A DNA stretch of 57,062 nucleotides, from positions 1 to 57,062 of the IMG/VR virus record IMGVR_UViG_2554235497_000003; one strand, written 5' to 3'. The first letter of the stretch is position 1, and every line of letters starts with the position of its first letter. Shown one piece after another: positions 29,721 through 37,465 of this stretch. The notes below the pieces were generated by a model that was not told the DNA's origin, made no database searches, and saw only the letters and a program-made list of their open reading frames with translations. The stretch comes from a virus. The translations under genes and the position numbers were made by a program.

Positions 29721-30677
29721 ATGGCAATTGAATCCATCCCCACCTTCGGTGGTAACGACGACGAGAACACCAGCGAGAACACCAACGTTGTTGGTGAAAC
29801 TGTGCAGACCCTCGAGCTGACCGAAGGTCAGATCGAGACGTACACCGAATACGAGGCCTTCGTGGACATGGGCCGCTACGTGGCGAAGCTGCGAGAACAC
29901 GATGACGGCGACGATCTCGAGGCACTCTTCGAGTGGATCGTCGAGAAGAAAGACTCACTCCGTGAGGAGTGCAAGGAACTGCCCGGAAACTTGCCCATGT
30001 TCCGATCGGCCTTCCCGGTCGAAGACAGGATGGGTGACAACTACTACGTTCTTCCTACGGAAGAGGCTGCGAAAGTCGGCATTGACTACCAGGACGAGGA
30101 CCACCTGCTCTTTCCCATCTCCGATGGGAAGAAGTGGCGACCAGCAGTCAGCCTTGGACGGCCAACATACGTTGACGACGACTGGCAGCCAGAACACGGC
30201 GATGAGCAGACCGTCGAAGACGGAAGCACCGAGGGCAACGATACCAGCGGAGCTGTGTCGAGCTTCGACATTAGCAACCTGACGGTTGCCGACATTCGAG
30301 CGACAGTGAGCAACGTCGAAGACGACGAAACCCTCGAAGCGATGCTTGAGGCTGAGAAATCGGGCAAAGCCCGAAAGACGGCGATTGAAGCCCTCGAGAT
30401 GCGAATCCGTGCCCTCAGCAGCGCTGAGGATGAGAGCGAAGATGAGTCCGACGAACCGGAACGGTTCGAAGGCACGGAAACGACCGAAGGGGTCAGCGAA
30501 GCTGTGGCACAGCTCAATGGCAGCGACGACGCGACGGAAGCGGGCAGCGAAAACGACGAAACCAGCGAAGCTGAAAGCGAAGACGCGAACGACGAAGTGG
30601 CAGCCGCAAAGGTCGAGGCACTGAACGCAGCCACTGAAGCGATCACGGAACTCACTGAAGCGATCAAAAACCTGTAG
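29721..30677 (+). CDS. Acidic protein with Rho-N/HeH-like helical domain
   Basis: FDISNLTVADIRATVSNVEDDETLEAMLEAEKSGKARKTAIEALEMRI motif within an acidic low-complexity tail. Confidence 0.72.
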   Translation: MAIESIPTFGGNDDENTSENTNVVGETVQTLELTEGQIETYTEYEAFVDMGRYVAKLREHDDGDDLEALFEWIVEKKDSLREECKELPGNLPMFRSAFPVEDRMGDNYYVLPTEEAAKVGIDYQDEDHLLFPISDGKKWRPAVSLGRPTYVDDDWQPEHGDEQTVEDGSTEGNDTSGAVSSFDISNLTVADIRATVSNVEDDETLEAMLEAEKSGKARKTAIEALEMRIRALSSAEDESEDESDEPERFEGTETTEGVSEAVAQLNGSDDATEAGSENDETSEAESEDANDEVAAAKVEALNAATEAITELTEAIKNL

Positions 30678-30684
30678 GCTGTAG

Positions 30685-30709
30685 GAATCTCTTAGAAGGA
30701 AAAGCTTAT
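30685..30709 (+). promoter_or_regulatory. Viral promoter motif GAATCTC-N6-GGAAA..CTTAT
   Basis: BRE/TATA-like; same layout at 42077 and 47966. Confidence 0.6.
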
Positions 30710-30745
30710 CGAGTTTGACCCCGACGCTAACGGGGCAGTCGAAGA

Positions 30746-30781
30746 CTGGCTCAGTCTGAAAATGTCATGAAACGCAGCCAG
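30746..30781 (+). ncRNA. Conserved stem-loop motif, copy A
   Basis: CTGGCT[CAGTCTGAAAATGTCATGAAACGC]AGCCAG. Confidence 0.62.
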
Positions 30782-30798
30782 CACCGCATATCAAACAT

Positions 30799-30954
30799 AT
30801 GGCATACCAATTTACCGACCAGGAAACGGGACAGACAAAGATCGGCGGTCGCCCCAGCTACCACGAAAGAGCGATGGGTGAAGCCATCGACGCGAGACTT
30901 CACGGTGAGATCGAAGAGTGGGACCCCGAGGAAACAGGTGGTGAGCTTCCATGA
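30799..30954 (+). CDS. Small hypothetical protein (51 aa)
   Basis: Read manually: MAYQFTDQETG...EETGGELP; stop overlaps the next start. Confidence 0.55.
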   Translation: MAYQFTDQETGQTKIGGRPSYHERAMGEAIDARLHGEIEEWDPEETGGELP

Positions 30955-31250
30955 AGCCACAGTACCTCGAAGAACTGTTCGACGACACCGACTGCATCAC
31001 GATTCCTGGCGGCTACCAGGTTCCCACACTTCGGAAGAATCCGCTTTCAGCAGCGTTCGACGTTCCCCCTCGAGAAACCGTGATTAGCGATCTACTCGCT
31101 ACCTATCCTGACTACGAATACGAGCAAATCGCCTTCATGGTGGCCGCGATCTACGGAAACTTCGACCGTGATGAAGTTGAGTTCGTAGACCGGATGGAGA
31201 ACGAATCGATTCTCGTAGCACCAAGTGACCTTGGAGTCATCACGAATTAG
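30951..31250 (+). CDS. Hypothetical early protein
   Basis: Acidic, coupled ORF. Confidence 0.65.
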   Translation: MKPQYLEELFDDTDCITIPGGYQVPTLRKNPLSAAFDVPPRETVISDLLATYPDYEYEQIAFMVAAIYGNFDRDEVEFVDRMENESILVAPSDLGVITN

Positions 31251-31300
31251 AACGACTGTAAGAATCCCTTCCAAAGAAAGCACGACGACTAATTAGATCC

Positions 31301-31687
31301 ATGTACCTCGAAATCACAGCGCCAGCCGTTTGCATCGAATACGAAAACAACGCTCGAGTCACCGTTCACGGTGAAGTGAGCAAAGAAGTGGACGTGGAAA
31401 TGCCGAACCCGAACCTCGATTACTACCTCATCTCCGATGAGTGGTTGATCGATCACAGCCGAGTGACGATAGACGGTCGTACATGGGAACTTGATCTCAG
31501 CGAAGCCGAGATCACGCTCGAGTTGACGATCGACGAAGTTCGCGAATCAGCAAAGCTGCGAGCTGCCGAGGATTACGTGACGGAAGAGGTGATCCTCGAA
31601 GAGTGGGCCGGGTTCCGCCACGCACCGAAGGCCGTTCAGAACGCATGGAACGAAACGGTCTACGGTGAACCCACTCCTTCGGTGTGA
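31301..31687 (+). CDS. Hypothetical early protein
   Basis: Acidic ORF. Confidence 0.68.
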   Translation: MYLEITAPAVCIEYENNARVTVHGEVSKEVDVEMPNPNLDYYLISDEWLIDHSRVTIDGRTWELDLSEAEITLELTIDEVRESAKLRAAEDYVTEEVILEEWAGFRHAPKAVQNAWNETVYGEPTPSV

Positions 31688-31717
31688 AGCGATCATTCCC
31701 CATCTCGATGCACTATT

Positions 31718-31794
31718 TCCCTAACGCTTGGTAGCGACGGAAGCCACGAGGGTTCGATTCCCTCTTACGGGATTTCGGGCTTCAATTGCCCGAA
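31718..31794 (+). ncRNA. tRNA-like element T1 plus 3' hairpin
   Basis: TCCCTAA/TTACGGGA acceptor (1 bulge), CGCT-TGGT-AGCG D-like arm, GAGGG-TTCGATT-CCCTC T-arm, then TTCGGGC-TTCAATT-GCCCGAA. Confidence 0.7.
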
Positions 31795-31847
31795 CCAGCG
31801 GTTAGAGGTTTTCACCCGCTTCGCTTTCAGCGAATGCGGTGGTAACT

Positions 31848-32156
31848 ATGAGTGCCGTACAACAGTACAACGAAGAGCATCAGCTCCCCCGTGACGTAAC
31901 GAAGTACCGCCACACAGACCACTCGTACAATCGTTTCAGGGACACTCGCCGGATGGTTCACGATGGGATCATCCGCGAAGCGATCGAAAAGGGCGAACTC
32001 AAGCCGGATGATAAGCGCGACGGCTACATGAAGTTCAAACTCGAGTGGTCCACCTTCCAGTACGAAATCGTGGTTCCGACGGAACCCGAGAGTGATGGGA
32101 TCTACCCGATCGTCACGATCTACCACAACTTCACGGGACTGAGCCGTAATAACTGA
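31848..32156 (+). CDS. DUF4258/RelE-like small protein
   Basis: HTDHSYNRFRD...IREAIEKG...YPIVTIYH pattern. Confidence 0.5.
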   Translation: MSAVQQYNEEHQLPRDVTKYRHTDHSYNRFRDTRRMVHDGIIREAIEKGELKPDDKRDGYMKFKLEWSTFQYEIVVPTEPESDGIYPIVTIYHNFTGLSRNN

Positions 32157-32191
32157 CCGGTAAGAAAGGTTTCCTAAGAAAGCATAGAGCA

Positions 32192-32323
32192 ATGACACAG
32201 ACTTGTCGAAAGCACGGTATGGAGATGATTCGAGTGTATAATCCGGGGACTGGAAGATACCGAGTCGTCTGTCCTCGATGTGAACTGGAACGCGAAGCGT
32301 CCCTGTTCTGTATTACGATATAG
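32192..32323 (+). CDS. Small Cys-rich protein (43 aa)
   Basis: Read manually: CRKH...CPRC. Confidence 0.45.
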   Translation: MTQTCRKHGMEMIRVYNPGTGRYRVVCPRCELEREASLFCITI

Positions 32324-32411
32324 GAATCTCTAACTAAGAATCGCTTCCGACAGAGCTATTACGCCACGACCAGACTCTAACAGGGAGTTGGTCGGTTGGC
32401 TTCATCCAACC

Positions 32412-33017
32412 ATGAAACACACGACAGCAGTACCAACTAACTTCAAACTGACCGAACGACAGGTAGCAGAACGGATCGGCAAGCAGTACCTCGAGTACGA
32501 TGCCGAACTCACCGACGAGATTCGTGAAGCGGTGGATGTCATCGTCGCGATAAACGATGTCCTGTGGTCGAAGCTCAACGTCGAGCTTCAGGGCAACATC
32601 ACGATTACACCCATCGATCCGTATGAGAGCTACGAGGAGATGTGCCAGGACATAGAGGAGAACAACCACTTAGCTGTATTCAGTGGCGGAACGCACCCCA
32701 CTTACTACGGCAGCAACATGGCGATCTGCCGTGAAGAGAATATCCGAGGAAGAGCGATTCACGACTACTTTGGCCACTATCTGAACGGGGTAGACTTCTC
32801 GTTCAGAGGAGAGTTCATGAAGTGGCACTTCCAGAAGCGCTACTATCCAGAACACAGCCACCGGCTACTCTTCAGCGAGGTCGTAGGCCAGACCGGAGCA
32901 GCGTATTATCTCGAGGGCGGCTTCGACGACCCTGCTTTCGAGCAGAAACCGATCATGGCTCCCCAGGAGTGGATCGATCTGTGCTACGACCACCTTGATG
33001 TGGAGGTGAGCCGATGA
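32412..33017 (+). CDS. Putative metal-binding enzyme (HDxxGH, zincin-like)
   Basis: RAIHDYFGH...F.FRGE...EVVGQT. Confidence 0.5.
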   Translation: MKHTTAVPTNFKLTERQVAERIGKQYLEYDAELTDEIREAVDVIVAINDVLWSKLNVELQGNITITPIDPYESYEEMCQDIEENNHLAVFSGGTHPTYYGSNMAICREENIRGRAIHDYFGHYLNGVDFSFRGEFMKWHFQKRYYPEHSHRLLFSEVVGQTGAAYYLEGGFDDPAFEQKPIMAPQEWIDLCYDHLDVEVSR

Positions 33018-33361
33018 GCCAATCTTCTGACGACAGAACAGTCGTCTATGAGCCGATTTTAACCCGTTCCACGAAGGTCCGGTTCTACATCCCGACCGAA
33101 AAGGACGGAGCCGATGAAGTCATAGACGAGGTGATCCGACGACTGTCTCACCTATTCGGTGGAGCGACACAGCTCCCAGCTCGGGGCGCTTACGTAATGA
33201 ACGACGGCGAACTGTGCCTCGAGAGCGTGACTCTCGTCGAGTCCTTCGCAGTCGAGATGGACACAGCGGAGTTGACTCGACTGGCGCTTCAGATCAAAGA
33301 ATCGCTCGACGAAGAGGCTGTAGCGTTCGAAACTGAAGAGATTGAGTCTGCTTTCATCTAA
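33014..33361 (+). CDS. DUF3574/PII-fold-like protein
   Basis: LSHLFGGAT..PARGAYV..DGEL..E...LVESF...L.EEAV pattern. Confidence 0.55.
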   Translation: MSQSSDDRTVVYEPILTRSTKVRFYIPTEKDGADEVIDEVIRRLSHLFGGATQLPARGAYVMNDGELCLESVTLVESFAVEMDTAELTRLALQIKESLDEEAVAFETEEIESAFI

Positions 33362-33627
33362 CGCGATTATCGGCGAATCGCCACATCAACCTTATCTGAA
33401 CCGCAGAGCGGGCAATGTTGATACGCGTCACTCTGCCCGATCTGAGTCGCTTCAACATCAATTTTCCCACTACAGCCACGGCAAGTGATTCGTGCTTTGT
33501 TTTGTGCTCCGATCATATTCACTACTACGAGAAAGATCGCCTTGAATTTATTGTACTAGTTGACCTGATTACATTCGGTGAGAAAACACCTCTAAACCAC
33601 CAATAAAGAGTCTCTTCTAAGAAGCGT

Positions 33628-33695
33628 ATGGCGACTTGGTAGCTTGTCGAGGTTCAATTCCTCGATCGCCGTTTGGCTGGCATCCACAACTGCCA
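33628..33695 (+). ncRNA. tRNA-like element T2 plus 3' hairpin
   Basis: ATGGCGA/TCGCCGT acceptor, CT-TGGT-AG, TCGAGG-TTCAATT-CCTCGA, then TGGCA..TGCCA. Confidence 0.72.
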
Positions 33696-33706
33696 CGAAC
33701 TGCATC

Positions 33707-33880
33707 ATGAAGTCCTACATTCTCTCCTTTCAGAATGGGATCGAGCGCGAAACCAGCATCACGTACTTCATCGAGAAGGCGCTCGAGGACCCGGAAGCGA
33801 TGGTGATCGATCCTGAAACTGGCATGGAGGTATCGGAGCCTCCAGTCACCGATGAGAGCGCCGAAGAGGTGATCGCCTAA
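33707..33880 (+). CDS. Hypothetical protein
   Basis: ATG 33707 just after T2; acidic. Confidence 0.55.
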   Translation: MKSYILSFQNGIERETSITYFIEKALEDPEAMVIDPETGMEVSEPPVTDESAEEVIA

Positions 33881-34041
33881 TGGCTTCGGCGCAGCAGCGG
33901 GGTCACAACCCGTCTCGTCCCAGTGAGGTCACGGTTCGCGACAGGCGGTCAAAGTACAGTGCTGTGACCCCGGAGAAGCTCAAGAAGCTCTACCCAACCG
34001 AAGACTGGTATCGTCGCTATCGGAAAGCCGTCTATCACTAA
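33880..34041 (+). CDS. Small basic protein (53 aa)
   Basis: Read manually; start overlaps the upstream stop. Confidence 0.45.
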   Translation: MASAQQRGHNPSRPSEVTVRDRRSKYSAVTPEKLKKLYPTEDWYRRYRKAVYH

Positions 34042-34059
34042 TAGACGTCTATTTCTGTC

Positions 34060-34130
34060 GTCTCGAAGCGTTACAACAGTGATTCGCGCCACTGTCGAGG
34101 CCTTCGGGCACTGAGAACACACCAGCCCGA
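34060..34130 (+). ncRNA. tRNA-like element T6 (variant class) plus 3' hairpin
   Basis: GTCTCG/CGAGGC stem, AAGCGTTACA, ACAGTG-ATTCGCGC-CACTGT, then TCGGGC...GCCCGA. Confidence 0.62.
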
Positions 34131-34156
34131 CCGAGCGGTAACACGGAGATTCTACC

Positions 34157-35344
34157 ATGAGCACCAACAGTGATTACAGCATCCAGTTCAGCGGTCTCAC
34201 CAATGCGGATACCATCGACATGGAATCGAGGCTCATGTCGAAATACGGTCTCGATGAGCAACCTGAATATTCCCTCTCGAGTGCGATACAGGAACTCGAT
34301 CCCGTCGAAGTTGCCCCACTCTACGTGGGCAACCCATACGATGCGGAAGGCGAGCCGATCCCGATCAGCTTCTCAAACGCGACGATCAATCCAGATACAG
34401 CTATCGAGTTAGCTCGACGGTCTATGTCAGGTGAAGAGCTGACCGAAGAGGATGGCGACCTGATGAGCTACGCCACACACTCGGATGGATACGCAGCGGT
34501 TCCTCACTTCGATTTCTTCTTCCCGCTCGCGAAAGCGCTACTCGACGCCGACATTCGAGACGTAGCCGGAGAGTTCCGTATCTACGATAACGGCGCTCAG
34601 GTGCATGGTGAAGTCATGTTCCAAGACGCCGAATCGCAGTTGAATCTCGAGGGAGATCGTGAACCCCTATTCGTTGGCCTCTCAGTCGGCAACTCCTACG
34701 ATGGCAGTTGCTCGATGTACGCGATGGGGTACGCAATGGATACGTACTGCAAGAACAGTATGCGGAACCTCACCGCTCGTAAGAGTCGCAAGCACATCGG
34801 GGAACCCGATGAAGTCGCAGAGTGGTGGGAAGAGATACTGCTCCAGATGACCGCTATCCGTGACGTTCTCGGTGAGATTATCGAGGAAGCGCTCGAGATC
34901 GAGATCGACTTCCTGAACCAGCCTTACGACGTGGAAGAGTTCTACGAGTATCTCGGGCTTCCGGGCTACCTCGCTCGAGCAGCAGCGACGACGGCACGGA
35001 ACCGCTCGCCACGAGAAGGCGGTACTCGAACGGTACTCAACCTATGGACGTTATACTCCGGTATCACATCGGCACTCACTCACGACTTCAACGGAACGTC
35101 AGAAGTCGGCTCGATTGAGACCTACAGCCAACTCGCGAAAGAACTGCTGTTCAACCCGCAGAAAGCGATCGGTGACGTGAAAGCGGCATATGAGCGTGAA
35201 CAGCGCCGTGACGATGCCGTCGATGAACGAACGATCGAGCAGAATCTCGCCATGATCGAGAACTACGAGATCACGCTCGAGGATCGCAAAGACGAGTTCG
35301 AACAGTTCGAAGAGTACATGGACAGTCTCCTGACCGCTAACTGA
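34157..35344 (+). CDS. DUF932-like phage/plasmid protein
   Basis: GL.VGNSYDGS.S......D.YC.N.M and RKHIG motifs. Confidence 0.68.
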   Translation: MSTNSDYSIQFSGLTNADTIDMESRLMSKYGLDEQPEYSLSSAIQELDPVEVAPLYVGNPYDAEGEPIPISFSNATINPDTAIELARRSMSGEELTEEDGDLMSYATHSDGYAAVPHFDFFFPLAKALLDADIRDVAGEFRIYDNGAQVHGEVMFQDAESQLNLEGDREPLFVGLSVGNSYDGSCSMYAMGYAMDTYCKNSMRNLTARKSRKHIGEPDEVAEWWEEILLQMTAIRDVLGEIIEEALEIEIDFLNQPYDVEEFYEYLGLPGYLARAAATTARNRSPREGGTRTVLNLWTLYSGITSALTHDFNGTSEVGSIETYSQLAKELLFNPQKAIGDVKAAYEREQRRDDAVDERTIEQNLAMIENYEITLEDRKDEFEQFEEYMDSLLTAN

Positions 35345-35359
35345 TTGCTATGACACCTC

Positions 35360-35524
35360 ATGCGTACTGTCAAGTACACAATTACAGTGGAAACGACCGA
35401 CGGCGAAAACATCTATCTCCCACCATATCGGTTTGAACCCGACGCTAAGCTCGCTGCCAGCCAACTAATCGAGATTCCAGAGGTTGAGCGCGCAGTTGTT
35501 CGTGAGATCGTGATCGAGCAATAA
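35360..35524 (+). CDS. Small hypothetical protein (54 aa)
   Basis: Read manually. Confidence 0.45.
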   Translation: MRTVKYTITVETTDGENIYLPPYRFEPDAKLAASQLIEIPEVERAVVREIVIEQ

Positions 35525-35547
35525 CGAGAGCGTCTGAAACACGCACG

Positions 35548-35606
35548 TACCTCGTAGCGTTACCGTAGAGGGTCGCGACTCTACCGAGGTATCGGGGTGG
35601 CTCCCC
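35548..35606 (+). ncRNA. tRNA-like element T5 (variant class) plus 3' hairpin
   Basis: TACCTCG/CGAGGTA stem, TAGCGTTACC, GTAGAG-GGTCGCGA-CTCTAC, then GGGG-TGGCT-CCCC. Confidence 0.58.
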
Positions 35607-35623
35607 TCAACAGCCATGTTATC

Positions 35624-35923
35624 ATGAAATCACAGACACAGCAACAGCACCAGGACGAGTTGGCGGAAGCGGCGATCGATCTGCTCGAGCGTGCCGGAGC
35701 AAGCGAAACGTTCATCGAGTTCGTTCGGCGCTTCCCCGAGACCAACGCCTCGAGACAGGTACAAAGCTGGCTCGAGAGCGGCCTACTGGCCGACGATAAC
35801 GCCGAAGCGGGGAAGCCCCACAGTGGCGGCTTCTTCTTCGACGAGCTGTGGGCCGGGAACGTCGAGGTGGCCTACGGCAGCGCCGATCTCGCGAACAAGC
35901 GGCGACTCGATGAGGTGCTGTAA
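35624..35923 (+). CDS. Hypothetical protein
   Basis: Acidic ORF after T5. Confidence 0.65.
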   Translation: MKSQTQQQHQDELAEAAIDLLERAGASETFIEFVRRFPETNASRQVQSWLESGLLADDNAEAGKPHSGGFFFDELWAGNVEVAYGSADLANKRRLDEVL

Positions 35924-36156
35924 TGCGACTATCGGTGAAGGTGCTGGTTGGGACGATTGGGCTGATGGTCGCGGCGTGGATCTTCATGGCCCTGTACGGA
36001 GCAATCTTCGGACCTGTTCCGTACTACCATCCCCTTTCGGGAGTGGTCTTCATCTACATCATCGGCATCCCGGTCGTCATCATCACGCTCAGCTACCTGC
36101 TGCTGACGAAGGCGATTGAACACGGTATCCGACACGGAATGAGCGACAAAAACTGA
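35923..36156 (+). CDS. Small two-TM protein
   Basis: Hydrophobic; coupled start. Confidence 0.6.
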   Translation: MRLSVKVLVGTIGLMVAAWIFMALYGAIFGPVPYYHPLSGVVFIYIIGIPVVIITLSYLLLTKAIEHGIRHGMSDKN

Positions 36157-36164
36157 GTGATATT

Positions 36165-36377
36165 ATGCCAGAAGTAGAAAACCAACTCGAGCAACAGCAG
36201 AAGCTCGCGATGCTCGTCGAACTGTACTTTGAATCGCACAACTGCCAAGTCGTCGGCCTCGACGATCGGTCAAGAGAGTGTATCGCGGAATGGTTTGCGG
36301 AAGCCGACGACCTGTTCGGTGACAAATCGGCGCTCGTCTTCGAACTCCTGAACACGTTCTCGGAGGCGAAGCGATGA
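36165..36377 (+). CDS. Hypothetical protein
   Basis: Acidic coupled ORF. Confidence 0.6.
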   Translation: MPEVENQLEQQQKLAMLVELYFESHNCQVVGLDDRSRECIAEWFAEADDLFGDKSALVFELLNTFSEAKR

Positions 36378-36493
36378 GTGTCGTTGGCTTCCGCCAGGAA
36401 AATGAGTGTCCCAAGTGTGGCTCACAGGCACTCGCTTTTCAGAGCGGCTGTGCCACCTGCATAGTGTGTGGCTGGAGCAAATGCAGCGTATGA
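36374..36493 (+). CDS. Stand-alone zinc ribbon resembling the class II RNR (NrdJ) C-terminal domain
   Basis: Read manually: ECPKCGSQALAFQSGCATCIVCGWSKCS. Confidence 0.62.
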   Translation: MSVVGFRQENECPKCGSQALAFQSGCATCIVCGWSKCSV

Positions 36494-36496
36494 GCT

Positions 36497-36661
36497 ATGA
36501 GTACCAACCAAGCGACGCTAAGCGGCTACAAGGAACCGCCGGACAACGCTTGTGTGTACTTCAAACGGTGTGAAAATACCGTTCGACACAACGGCTCGAT
36601 CTGTCCTGACTGCCTCGACCGGGTTCGATCGAACGGGCACGGACGAGGCACTGATTGCTGA
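36497..36661 (+). CDS. Small zinc-finger protein (54 aa)
   Basis: Read manually: CVYFKRC...ICPDC. Confidence 0.5.
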   Translation: MSTNQATLSGYKEPPDNACVYFKRCENTVRHNGSICPDCLDRVRSNGHGRGTDC

Positions 36662-36668
36662 TCCTCGT

Positions 36669-37064
36669 ATGACCAAACACGATACGGTAGAAATCGGTGT
36701 TGAACAGCTCGCAGATCACGCAGTGGCGATACTGTGGGAGATGCCGGAACGCGATCACAACGGCGAACGCCACTGGAAGACGTGGTGGGATTCCGAGTAC
36801 GACGATGAGTTACTCGAGGACCCACTGAAAATTGTCCAGGGCGTCGAGAGCGCCGACGTTGACGGCTACCTGGTTACGTTCACCGGCAGCTACAGCACCG
36901 AAGTTACAGTCGGGATGATCCCGGCAGGACCGAACCACGGCTACGGACCGATCAATCCGCCGGAGCCTGTTCTCGAAGAAGTCGAGGTGTACTTTGAGTT
37001 GACGCTCGATCTGAGCGACCTCGGAACCGCTTACATCGAAATGGAACCCGACACCACGCTATGA
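36669..37064 (+). CDS. Hypothetical protein
   Basis: Acidic; likely start MTKHD. Confidence 0.65.
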   Translation: MTKHDTVEIGVEQLADHAVAILWEMPERDHNGERHWKTWWDSEYDDELLEDPLKIVQGVESADVDGYLVTFTGSYSTEVTVGMIPAGPNHGYGPINPPEPVLEEVEVYFELTLDLSDLGTAYIEMEPDTTL

Positions 37065-37465
37065 AACAGAGCTACTACATCACTAAGGACGGCGACCTGA
37101 ACCGGCGAATCAGCACTGGCGACATGAGAGAGCTGCTCGTTACTCGTGGAACCGACCCCGAGGATCTCAAGGACCCATACCTGCGGTGGCTCACTGAGGA
37201 ACTATACACGCAAAAAGGCGTAATCCTCGTCTCGGTGTACGACGAAGAGATACAGCATCTTGGTGTTGCATTCCGTAGCGAACGACACGCTGAGGGCTAC
37301 ACGCTCGAGTTCATGGCCGAGCAGGGCTTCAAAACGACGCAGGCTGGTTCACAGTCCTACGCTTACGAGAATGGCGAGTACTACAACAACGCTTACGCCG
37401 AGTTCCGACCGGATGATAAATCACTGATAAGGTGTCATGATCATATGTCAATTTCCGTCTCATAA
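37061..37465 (+). CDS. Hypothetical protein
   Basis: Coupled ORF. Confidence 0.65.
   Translation: MKQSYYITKDGDLNRRISTGDMRELLVTRGTDPEDLKDPYLRWLTEELYTQKGVILVSVYDEEIQHLGVAFRSERHAEGYTLEFMAEQGFKTTQAGSQSYAYENGEYYNNAYAEFRPDDKSLIRCHDHMSISVS

Noticed and set aside
32366-32411. CGACCA-GACTC-loop-GAGT-TGGTCG plus GTTGG/CCAAC hairpins before 32412
   Set aside because: No D-like arm or T-loop sequence; treated as ordinary leader hairpins rather than an eighth tRNA-like element.
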